Assembly: GCA_965223265.1 (NCBI GenBank) | Contig: OZ244999.1 | Span: 6,784,001-6,848,000, forward strand | Length of the DNA stretch: 64,000 bases | Reading direction: 5' to 3' | From: Planctomycetota bacterium | Lineage (GTDB): Bacteria; Planctomycetota; UBA8108; SXIK01 | In this document: positions 49,334 to 57,951 of the stretch, in pieces | Position numbering within the stretch: the first letter of the stretch is position 1 | How the letters are laid out: each line of letters begins with the position of its first letter | The notes under the pieces: generated by a model | What the model saw: only the letters and a program-made list of their open reading frames with translations | What the model was told of the DNA's origin: nothing | Database searches by the model: none | Made by a program: the position numbers and the translations under genes

Positions 49334-51106
49334 ATGAACGACACCCTGCCACCCAGCCGACCGTTTTGGCACGACAGCACCGAGCCGACGTCAGGCCCGA
49401 GCGCCGCCGAGCGTGCGGATCCGGATTGGATTGGGCCCTATCAGGTCCTCGGTCGACTGGGTGAAGGCAGCATGGGTGTTGTCTTTCGCTGCCGCGACCT
49501 ATCGCTCCAGCGCGATGTCGCCGTCAAGGTCTTGAGACGACGTTTTGAGAGCGACGACCGCTACCGGCGACGATTTCGTCGCGAAGCCAAAGCAGCGGCG
49601 AGCCTGTCTCACGACTGCGTCGTGCGCATCTTCGGCATTCACGAAGGACACGGTAGCGATCCGTCCTATCTCGTCATGGAGCTCGTCGCCGGCGACTCTG
49701 CCGATCGACTCATCGAAGAGCGCGGCCGCATCGCCGCGGGCGAATCCGTCACCTGGATCCGGGACGCCGCGATCGGGCTCCGGGAGGCGTCGAAGCGCGG
49801 CTTGATTCACCGCGATGTGAAACCGTCCAACCTTCTGGTGACCCCCAGCGACCACGTCAAGATCGTCGACTTCGGTCTCGCCAAGGATGTCGAGGCGAGT
49901 CCGTCACTGACTGAAGAAGGGATGGTCTTAGGCACACCTCACTATATTTCTCCCGAGCAGGGCCAGGGAAAGAAAGTCGATCAGCGCAGCGACATCTATT
50001 CCCTCGGTGCAACGCTCTATCACCTTCTCACCGGCGAGACCCCGTTCGACGGCGAATCGTCGGTGTCGGTGATCGTGGCGCACGTGAACACGTCACCCCG
50101 ACCACCGCATCTCGTCGTGGATGACATTTCGCTGTCGCTCTCGCGGGTCGTCCTCCGCATGCTCGCCAAGAGTCCAGGGGATCGCTACCCGTCATACGAC
50201 GAGCTCATCGAAGATCTCGAGGCAATCCTGGGCGGCGAGGAGCCTCCTCACGCGGGGTCGCATAGCGCTGGCACGCAGACGCCTCGACGTCGCGGGCCAC
50301 TGATCGCTGGGATTGCTGCGGTCGCCCTCGTCGCCGTGGTCGGAGGCTTAAGCCTTGGCGGTGTCTTCCAACCGCCCGCAGCAGCGGTCCCCTCACTGAC
50401 GTCCAGTCTGGGATCATGGTGCGTGTCTCAGACCGGCCGCGACGTAGACCTCGACTTCAACTTCGCGGCACCGCCCCCTGTTGCGACGCGTTTCGAGTTG
50501 CTCCAACGCATCCTGACCTTACCGCGCGATCTTCCCAATGATGTCGACGCGCCAGGGCTCCGTTCCGGCAACCTTCATCTTGCCGACTTCACGGCGCCGC
50601 TGGCGTTTTCGTTCGCCTTTGAGCGACTGGACCACGTCGCCGTCGAGATCAACGCGGCGTCGGACGACTGTCACCTGCAAATTGCGCTCTCCCATCCCGC
50701 TGCAGCGAGTCATCGCCAACTGCTCATTCGCCTCGACCTCGAGCACCGAAGCGACGCCGCGACCATCGTGGCCATCAGAAACGGTGAAGAGATCGCTGGC
50801 GCGCGGGAATTGCGTACGCGGGATGGTCAGACAGTGAGTCGTTTGCCGAGAGTTGGCCAGCCGCCACTGCGATTGGAGGTGGACTTCGAAGCTGCTGACG
50901 GTGAAACGCAGGTCTTAGCCCGTGTGTTCAGACCCCAGCGCCCGGAGCCGCTGTTCGAAGTGAAGCGCGTCATCGAAGGTGACGACTGGGTCAAAGGCGT
51001 CCCAACGCTCAGGTGCGCATCGACGCGCGGGGCGTACTCATTGCGGATCAGTCGGGTTGCCCTGCGCGGTAGGATCGGCGACACCGTCGTCCATCAGGTC
51101 CCCTAA
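49334..51106 (+). CDS. Membrane-anchored Hanks-type Ser/Thr protein kinase
   Basis: LGEGSMGVV, VAVK, HRDVKPSN, DFG, GTPHYISPEQ, SDIYSLG; TM LIAGIAAVALVAVVGGL; beta-rich C-terminal domain. Confidence 0.95.
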   Translation: MNDTLPPSRPFWHDSTEPTSGPSAAERADPDWIGPYQVLGRLGEGSMGVVFRCRDLSLQRDVAVKVLRRRFESDDRYRRRFRREAKAAASLSHDCVVRIFGIHEGHGSDPSYLVMELVAGDSADRLIEERGRIAAGESVTWIRDAAIGLREASKRGLIHRDVKPSNLLVTPSDHVKIVDFGLAKDVEASPSLTEEGMVLGTPHYISPEQGQGKKVDQRSDIYSLGATLYHLLTGETPFDGESSVSVIVAHVNTSPRPPHLVVDDISLSLSRVVLRMLAKSPGDRYPSYDELIEDLEAILGGEEPPHAGSHSAGTQTPRRRGPLIAGIAAVALVAVVGGLSLGGVFQPPAAAVPSLTSSLGSWCVSQTGRDVDLDFNFAAPPPVATRFELLQRILTLPRDLPNDVDAPGLRSGNLHLADFTAPLAFSFAFERLDHVAVEINAASDDCHLQIALSHPAAASHRQLLIRLDLEHRSDAATIVAIRNGEEIAGARELRTRDGQTVSRLPRVGQPPLRLEVDFEAADGETQVLARVFRPQRPEPLFEVKRVIEGDDWVKGVPTLRCASTRGAYSLRISRVALRGRIGDTVVHQVP

Positions 51107-51141
51107 CGAGCGACGCTCCAAAACATTTGCGAAACTCCGCC

Positions 51142-53046
51142 ATGACGATCACGACCAAGACCGACCCGCCCCCTCCGACCGGAGCGAAGCTCTCCGTGTC
51201 ATGCGGACCAGACTTAGGCGCCGAGTTCGATCTCGACACCGAGTTCACGAGTCGGACAGTCACCGTCGGACGCGATGAGCACGCTGACATCACGCTCAAC
51301 GATCCCGCCGTCTCGCGCGAACACTTTCGACTTGAGAAAGCATCGCGGGCGTGGCGCGTTGTTGATCTCGGGAGCCGCAACCAGACGTTCCTCAACGGCC
51401 GTCCCGTCAGCGACATCGAGCTGGCGGGAGGCGATGTACTGCGAGTCGGCGATACCGAACTTCGGTTTCAAGACAGCGAGCGGCTGGGTGGCGGCTCGAC
51501 GATCATGAAACATGTCCAGCAGCCAACGGGACGCGAAACGTTCCTGGAGCGCATCGATCACGTTGAACGCATGCTCGAAGAAGAGAAGGCCAAACGCGCG
51601 CTCGATGAGGTGCGTCGGCTTTTCGAAGTCCATCAACGACTCGCGACAACCGCTTCTTCTGACGAACTCTTTCATCGGATTCTCGCCGAAGTGGTGCCGG
51701 TACTCAAAGCCGACTCCGCGGTCGTCGTCGTCAATCAGGGCGGCGACTGGAAGGTGCGAGCGAAGTATCCGGACGAGAGTAGTGAGAAAGTCTCGTTCAG
51801 CCGCTCGGTCGTCCAGCGAGTCGCGGACAGCGGCGAAGCACTGCTCCTCGAGCGCGCCGAAGACGAGGAGGAGCTGCGAAAGAAACAGAGCATCGTCTCG
51901 CAAGACATCACAACGATCCTCGCGCTGCCGCTGCGAACAGGCGGCGCCGTCCGCGCCGTGATCTACACGGATCGCCGCGGCTCCGATCAACCATTCCTCG
52001 ACTCTGACCTTGAACTACTAACGGCAGCGCTCGACTCGGTCGCGCCGTTCGTCGGGCGTCTGCTCGAGGGCGAGAAACTCAAAGTCGAGAACCGTCACCT
52101 CTTCGAAAGTATTGCCTCTGACAAGAAGATCATCGGGCGCTCGCCGGCCATCGAAGCGGTTCTCAGTTTCATCCGGCGCGCCGCGCCGACACCGATGACG
52201 GTGCTCATTCAGGGTGAGACCGGCACCGGGAAAGAGCTCGTGGCGGCCGCGATCCATTACGCTAGCCCGCGCCGAGGCCAACCGTTTGTCGCTCTCAACT
52301 GCGCCGCGATGCCCGAGCAGCTTGCCGAAAGCGAACTGTTCGGCCACGAGAAGGGATCGTTCACCGGTGCGGCGAGCCGCCGCAAGGGACGGTTTGAGCT
52401 CGCCCATGGCGGCACGATCTTCCTGGACGAAGTTGGAGAGCTCTCGCCCGCCTGCCAGGCTAAACTTCTTCGACTCCTCGAAGAAAGGTGCTTCGAGCGC
52501 GTGGGCGGCGCGGAATCAATCGAAGTCGACGTCCGCGTCGTCGCCGCGACCAACCGCGACCTGCTCGGTGCCGTCGATGAGGGCGAATTTCGCGAGGATC
52601 TTTACTATCGATTGAACGTGCTCAGCGTTGAGCTACCGCCACTGCGCCAGCGCAGCGAAGACATCCCACTCCTCGTCGAACACTTCCTGGCCATGTCCCA
52701 CGCACAGCACAAGAGTCTGAGCAAACGGGCAGAAGAAGCTCTGCGCTCATACAATTGGCCGGGTAACATCCGGGAGCTGCGAAACGTCATCGAAAGCGCG
52801 GTCGTTCTCGGCACGGGTAACGTGATCAAGCCCGAAGATCTCCTGCTCACCCGCAGCCGACCGCGAAAAGCTCAGGCGACGGCGGCGTGGGAACCGATCA
52901 GCTTACAGCAGCTTGAGAAGAGCCACATCGCTCGCGTTCTGGAACACACCGGCGGCAACAAAAAGCGCGCCGCCGAGATCCTCGGCATCGAACGCTGCAC
53001 TCTCTACGCCAAGATTAAGAACTACGACCTGAACGACGCCACATGA
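51142..53046 (+). CDS. Sigma54-dependent enhancer-binding protein with FHA and GAF domains
   Basis: FHA (VGR..VSREH..DLGSRNQTFLNG), GAF, AAA+ (GETGTGKE, ESELFGHEKGSFTGA, FLDEVGE, FREDLYYRL, WPGNIREL), Fis-type HTH. Confidence 0.95.
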   Translation: MTITTKTDPPPPTGAKLSVSCGPDLGAEFDLDTEFTSRTVTVGRDEHADITLNDPAVSREHFRLEKASRAWRVVDLGSRNQTFLNGRPVSDIELAGGDVLRVGDTELRFQDSERLGGGSTIMKHVQQPTGRETFLERIDHVERMLEEEKAKRALDEVRRLFEVHQRLATTASSDELFHRILAEVVPVLKADSAVVVVNQGGDWKVRAKYPDESSEKVSFSRSVVQRVADSGEALLLERAEDEEELRKKQSIVSQDITTILALPLRTGGAVRAVIYTDRRGSDQPFLDSDLELLTAALDSVAPFVGRLLEGEKLKVENRHLFESIASDKKIIGRSPAIEAVLSFIRRAAPTPMTVLIQGETGTGKELVAAAIHYASPRRGQPFVALNCAAMPEQLAESELFGHEKGSFTGAASRRKGRFELAHGGTIFLDEVGELSPACQAKLLRLLEERCFERVGGAESIEVDVRVVAATNRDLLGAVDEGEFREDLYYRLNVLSVELPPLRQRSEDIPLLVEHFLAMSHAQHKSLSKRAEEALRSYNWPGNIRELRNVIESAVVLGTGNVIKPEDLLLTRSRPRKAQATAAWEPISLQQLEKSHIARVLEHTGGNKKRAAEILGIERCTLYAKIKNYDLNDAT

Positions 53047-54473
53047 ACCCGCCGCCTGAGCTCCTCCCCCAACACTGCGAAAAAATCCGCCCGGTACGGA
53101 GACTCGGTGTGGTCGGCGCGCTAGCTCGAGTTTGGCCATTTCGCGTCGAGCCTGCCAGCGCCAGGAGCGTCGAGGCCAAGGAGCGACTCGGGCGCGATCC
53201 CGCTCGGGTCGTGGCGGAGGACGGGCGCAGGCATCGGCGCTCCTGGCGTTCCCCGAAGGGCCGGACAGGAGTTTTTGAACATGCACAAGGGTTCTCAGGG
53301 TACGAAAAAGTCGAAAGGGCCTTTGAATCCCCGCGAAACTCGTCCGGCCAGGCCGGCGCGAAATGGCCAAACTCGAGGCTAGCACGTCTGACGATTCTCT
53401 CGTGCGCAGCGGGCGCTCTCTGCCTCGTCACGAGTTTCGCTCACGCGGACGAAGCGATCACGCCGGTGCGAGAGGACGGCCGCGGCGAAGGAGAGGCAGT
53501 GAAGACCGAGCGCGGCGCTCCGGCGAACGTGTCGAAACGGACGACAGAACCGGGCGCGCCAGCCGCAAAGTTCGAGTCTGGAGTTGCCAACGACAAGGCA
53601 CCGAACCAAGGGCAGGGCAGACAGCGCCAGCCAAGACGAATCGACCTCAAGCCGCGCCAGCCGCTGGCGTCTCGCAAGCCTGGCGGTGCCAAGACCAAAG
53701 CCGACGCGCCGCCACCGGTGGCGAAGAAGCGCGCCGGTGGCTTGGGTCTCCCTCCACGCACGGTTTCTTTGCCGATGCAGGGGGTCTACCGAGCGGCCGA
53801 ACTGATCGCACTGGCCGCAAAACTTCAGGATCTACCGCTGCGCACATCGAACGAGCAACTCGGTGAGATCCGCATTGCCATTCTCCCAGACCTTGCTGGC
53901 GCCCGCATCACGCTCAGCGAACTGCGCGTGCTCCTGGCGGCGCATCGGATTTATTTGCTGGAAGTCGATGATCCACGCGGCGAGCGCTTTCTCGTCGCCA
54001 CCGACGATCCGCGGTGGCGACCACGCGCGCTGCGCCACACCTACGTGCTCGAGGTCTCCGACAGCAGGTTCGCGGAGACCGAAGCGGCGCTCGCAAAGCG
54101 AGTCGCGACCTATAACGCTCAGCGCCCGAAAGGCGAGTTACCGGCCGCGGTCGTTGGGGCACCGCGCATGGGGCGCATTCTTCTGCGCGCCGGTAGCGCG
54201 CAAGCGCTCGAAGAACTAGTCGCGGTCGCTGAAGAGCACACAGCAGTGCGTCTTGCGCCCGATCCAGATCGTCCGAAAATGTTCATCTACACGGGCCGGA
54301 ATCGGCGCATCGGTGAGCTCAAAGAGCACGTTCTTAAGGAGCTGAGCGAGGTCGAGCGCGCGCAGACGCGCTGCATCACCCGCGGCAACCGACTCCTGTT
54401 TCGCGCCGCCCCGAAACTCGGAGAGCGCATCTTGAGACTGCTGCGCGAAGCCGATGTTCGCGCCAGCCGGTAA
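53043..54473 (+). CDS. Exported protein resembling secretin periplasmic N-domains without a barrel; carries an in-frame MITE near the N-terminus
   Basis: ATGA overlap with the activator stop; signal peptide core LTILSCAAGALCLVTSFAHA; segments align by eye with N0, N2 and N3 of the adjacent GspD. Confidence 0.6.
   Translation: MNPPPELLPQHCEKIRPVRRLGVVGALARVWPFRVEPASARSVEAKERLGRDPARVVAEDGRRHRRSWRSPKGRTGVFEHAQGFSGYEKVERAFESPRNSSGQAGAKWPNSRLARLTILSCAAGALCLVTSFAHADEAITPVREDGRGEGEAVKTERGAPANVSKRTTEPGAPAAKFESGVANDKAPNQGQGRQRQPRRIDLKPRQPLASRKPGGAKTKADAPPPVAKKRAGGLGLPPRTVSLPMQGVYRAAELIALAAKLQDLPLRTSNEQLGEIRIAILPDLAGARITLSELRVLLAAHRIYLLEVDDPRGERFLVATDDPRWRPRALRHTYVLEVSDSRFAETEAALAKRVATYNAQRPKGELPAAVVGAPRMGRILLRAGSAQALEELVAVAEEHTAVRLAPDPDRPKMFIYTGRNRRIGELKEHVLKELSEVERAQTRCITRGNRLLFRAAPKLGERILRLLREADVRASR
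53125..53378. mobile_element. MITE family A, copy 2 (254 bp, intragenic, inverted relative to copy 1)
   Basis: TIRs CTCGAGTTTGGCCATTTCGCG / CGCGAAATGGCCAAACTCGAG; CTAG duplication at 53121-53124 and 53379-53382. Confidence 0.92.
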
Positions 54474-54829
54474 CCTCGCGTTCGCTCCCGGCGCGCCGGG
54501 CGGCTTCTCACGCGCAGCCCGTGCCGCCGAGCAGAGTACATCGAGGAATGATGGCTGGCGCACGGTTGAGTCTCCTGAAGCCAAAAGGGAGAGCGGTGCG
54601 CGAGGTGTGCAGGCGCTACCTCCTGAAGACCTCCAGAATGCGCCGCCGCCTTCGCACCAAGGAGCCGGATGGTGGCTTCAGGCGTTTCGATCCGTCGCGT
54701 CAAATCGGCCAAAGGAGTGCTACAGGAAGTGCCGAAGACTAGCCTGGATCTCGCCTCGAGGGGGGCCGTCTGCTGCTCTGCGTTCGGCTGTCGAGAGCGA
54801 AATCCAGCGGACGGGACCCGCCCCTTCTC

Positions 54830-54848
54830 GTGTATGAAATTCAAGCAC
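54830..54848. promoter_or_regulatory. 19-bp palindrome, candidate upstream activator sequence for the T2SS sigma54 promoter
   Basis: GTGTATGAAATTCAAGCAC, centred about 135 bp upstream of the -24 GG. Confidence 0.6.
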
Positions 54849-54971
54849 GAATGAGCTGCGATCAGGGGCGAATCACGAGGCTCTGAGGCGTTTCCTTGAG
54901 CCCTGAACGACGGCCATAACTTCAATCAATTAAAAGTGTTAAAAGTTTCCCCTGCACCCGCACCGCCGTCT

Positions 54972-54988
54972 TTGGCCCGGGGTTTGCT
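54972..54988 (+). promoter_or_regulatory. Sigma54 (-24/-12) promoter of the T2SS operon
   Basis: TTGGCCCGGGGTTTGCT: GG (54974-5)-N10-GC (54986-7), close to TGGCACG-N4-TTGCW; AT-rich tract at 54920-54948. Confidence 0.8.
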
Positions 54989-55124
54989 TGGCCGTACTGA
55001 AGCCGGCTCCCTGGCCCGCCGGCGGGGGCAGAACACTCAGACAATTCCCATCCGCGCCGAGCCGCGCCGGAACAACCCAGTTCATGATACCGCGCCGTCG
55101 CCGCTGCACGGTGAGGAGTCTCTA

Positions 55125-57833
55125 ATGCGTAACAGCCTGTTGAACAATGTCATTCGGCTGAGAAACCAGCCGGCTGAGAAAACCCGACGTTCGTCACCGT
55201 CGTCTCGTGGTTGGTGGCACCAAAGCGCGGTTCTCGCGCTGGTCGTCGCACTCGTGACCGCACCAGCAACGCGACTTCCCGCCCAGGCGCCAGGCGGAGA
55301 CGACACCGCGGGTGAGGCGCCACCACCACCACCGCCGCAACCAGACGGCGGCGAAGGAGGCATCGGTGCTCCCCCCGATGCCATCGGCGCAGGTGACGAG
55401 CTCATTACCGGTGCATTCCGAGCCGACGAGGTGATCGAGATCGACGATGGCGAGATCCCGGGCGCGGACTTCCTCAAATTCCTGTCGCACTACACCGGCC
55501 TACCGGTGCTCATCGACAGCAAGCAGCTCGCGAGCCTGACGACGATCAACATTGCGGCGCCGATCAGGCAGGCCGACGGCGAAATCGTCAAAGCGATCCT
55601 CGAGTCGAACGGCCTCAGCGTCACCGAACGCGTCTTGCCCAGCGGACGCTCGGTGATCCGCGTCGAAGGCGCAACGACAGGCGCGGCCGCCGCCCAGCGT
55701 GGACCCGAACCGAGCCCGATCATTGTCGTCACGGCGGACGAGCTTGGGGAACTTGCGAACGTTCCACGACCTGACGAAGTCGCGACGATGATCTTTCGCC
55801 TCCGACATCGCGAGCCAGCTGACGTCATCAAAGCTCTCGGCGACCTCGTCGGTGGCGGCGGCGGCGGCACGACGCCGGGGCGCGCAGCCACGCGTACGGG
55901 GCAGTACAGCCTGACGGAAGTTGAAGGCTCACCGGTCGTCGTCGTGAAGGCGAAGTTCGGCCTCCTCGATTTCTTTCACAAACTCGTCTACGAGATCATC
56001 GACCTGCCGGTGAGCGCTCCCGATCGGATCATCGAGATCGTCGACATCGAAAACGCCTATGCCGACGAACTCGTTCAGATCATCGAGACCTTCATTTTCG
56101 ATGGCCGCCGCTCCACGTCGAGCGTGCGCCGCACGGCCTCAACGCCTGCCTCTGGGACGGCCGCTCAGGGCGCGGCAGCGCGCGCACGACGCACGTCGAC
56201 GACGACGGAAGAGTACGAGACCAAGGTCATCGCGGAGCCGAGAACCAACAAGATCCTCATCGAGACCTACGACGAGCAGGATCTCCAAGACATCTTCATG
56301 CTCATTCGGGCTCTCGACATCCGCTACGAGCTCAGACGCCTCAAGACCTACATCTATCAAGTGCAGTATCTGAAAGCCGACGAAGTCGCCACGACGATTC
56401 AGAGTCTCGTTGGAGGTGCCGGATTCGGGGGCCGTACCGGAAGCAGCAGCCTCGGCCAGGCTCGCACCCGCGGCCTGTCACGAGGAGTTCAGCGACGCGG
56501 CCAGACAACGCGCACACCAACGCCAACGACGCAGACTCCGGGCACCGCAGGCGCCGCCTCGGCTGGCGCCCCGCTGATCGTGCCGCACATCGAGACGAAC
56601 TCGCTCATCATCCAGGCCGAGCCCGAAGACCGCGCCGAGGTGCTCAACATCCTCGAGCAGATCGACACCAAGCGGCGCCAGGTGTTCCTCGAGGCGGCGC
56701 TCGTGCAGGTGACGTCGGACAGCACGCTCAATTTTGTCATCGAGCTGCTCGCGGGCGAGCCGGACGATCGCTCGACGCGAGCCCTGTTCGAAACGTCGTT
56801 CGGCCTCAGCGGCCTAGACTTCGAAAACTTCAACCGCGCCATCCCAGATCTCTCCAATCCCGCCTCTGTGCCCAGGGGTGCGCTCGTCGCCATCATGAAC
56901 CGCGGCAAGTTCCCGGCGCTGATTCAGTTCTTCAAGACCAACACGGACAGCCAGGTCTTGGCGACGCCGTTCATTCTCGCCGACGACAACATGCCGAACG
57001 TGATCCAGATTCTGCAGACACAGTTCGTGCAGACGACCGCGTCGACCGCCGCCGGCCAGACGACATCACAGGAAGCCGAAGACGCCGGTATTATCCTGGA
57101 GATCACGCCGACGATCAGCTCGGAGAGCGCAGTCTTCCTTGAGATGAGCCTCGAAGTGTCGGAGTTCTCTGGCGCCCCGCCGGCGGCCGGTGTGCTGCCG
57201 CCCAAGCTGACGAACACGATCACTTCGGCGGTAACGATTCCAGATGGCGATCTCTTCGTCATCGGCGGTCTGACGCGCGAAAACAAATCGAAGAACGTCT
57301 CCAAAATCCCGATCCTCGGCGACATTCCTCTGCTCGGTAAGCTGTTTCGCTCCGAAGGCTCGGCAAAGAGCACGTCGAACCTCTACATCTTCCTTCGCGC
57401 GCACGTCCTCAGTCACCCTGAGTTCGAAGACCACAAGGAGCTGACACGAAACGCGGAGGATGAGGTCAGCAGGATTTCGAACGTCGAAAAGATCACCAAG
57501 TTCCCGGCGCCGAACGTGCCGCTGCCGCCACCGCCGGCGGTCGACCCGGACGCGCCGACTCGCTTCCAGCTCAACCCCGGCGGGGAGACTAGTTCGTCTC
57601 GCTACGACCCGGAGAGCGAACGACGCCGCTACGCGAACGACCCCGAGAGTCCTTTCGCATCAGGAGGTCTCAACGGAGCGGGCGCCGAACCTGTACCGCG
57701 CCTGCCGCTGACGACGGATCCGGCTACCGAGGAAGAGCTACTCATCGACCAGCAGAACCGAGCCTTGCGCGGCACCGGTGCCAGGGTCGACAAGACCGGA
57801 AAGAGTTGGATCGTGCCGATCGAGGCGAGATGA
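55125..57833 (+). CDS. gspD: Type II secretion system secretin
   Basis: N0-N3 domains, QVFLEAALVQV, VLATPFI, AGIILEITPTI, VIGGL, KIPILGDIPLLGKLFR, NLYIFLR; GAGGAG SD before ATG 55125. Confidence 0.93.
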   Translation: MRNSLLNNVIRLRNQPAEKTRRSSPSSRGWWHQSAVLALVVALVTAPATRLPAQAPGGDDTAGEAPPPPPPQPDGGEGGIGAPPDAIGAGDELITGAFRADEVIEIDDGEIPGADFLKFLSHYTGLPVLIDSKQLASLTTINIAAPIRQADGEIVKAILESNGLSVTERVLPSGRSVIRVEGATTGAAAAQRGPEPSPIIVVTADELGELANVPRPDEVATMIFRLRHREPADVIKALGDLVGGGGGGTTPGRAATRTGQYSLTEVEGSPVVVVKAKFGLLDFFHKLVYEIIDLPVSAPDRIIEIVDIENAYADELVQIIETFIFDGRRSTSSVRRTASTPASGTAAQGAAARARRTSTTTEEYETKVIAEPRTNKILIETYDEQDLQDIFMLIRALDIRYELRRLKTYIYQVQYLKADEVATTIQSLVGGAGFGGRTGSSSLGQARTRGLSRGVQRRGQTTRTPTPTTQTPGTAGAASAGAPLIVPHIETNSLIIQAEPEDRAEVLNILEQIDTKRRQVFLEAALVQVTSDSTLNFVIELLAGEPDDRSTRALFETSFGLSGLDFENFNRAIPDLSNPASVPRGALVAIMNRGKFPALIQFFKTNTDSQVLATPFILADDNMPNVIQILQTQFVQTTASTAAGQTTSQEAEDAGIILEITPTISSESAVFLEMSLEVSEFSGAPPAAGVLPPKLTNTITSAVTIPDGDLFVIGGLTRENKSKNVSKIPILGDIPLLGKLFRSEGSAKSTSNLYIFLRAHVLSHPEFEDHKELTRNAEDEVSRISNVEKITKFPAPNVPLPPPPAVDPDAPTRFQLNPGGETSSSRYDPESERRRYANDPESPFASGGLNGAGAEPVPRLPLTTDPATEEELLIDQQNRALRGTGARVDKTGKSWIVPIEAR

Positions 57834-57951
57834 GCTGGCTGCAATTCTGACGTAGAATAAACATGTTGATCGCGGCAGAGGGTTGACGCGAGGCTGGTAA
57901 TGGAGCGCTCCGCCCGTCCGCACTCGGACCGAATGGAACAGCGAACAATCG

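Noticed and set aside
52340-52375. GSFTGA instead of GAFTGA in the activator
   Set aside because: A common variant of the motif; not evidence of sigma54 independence.
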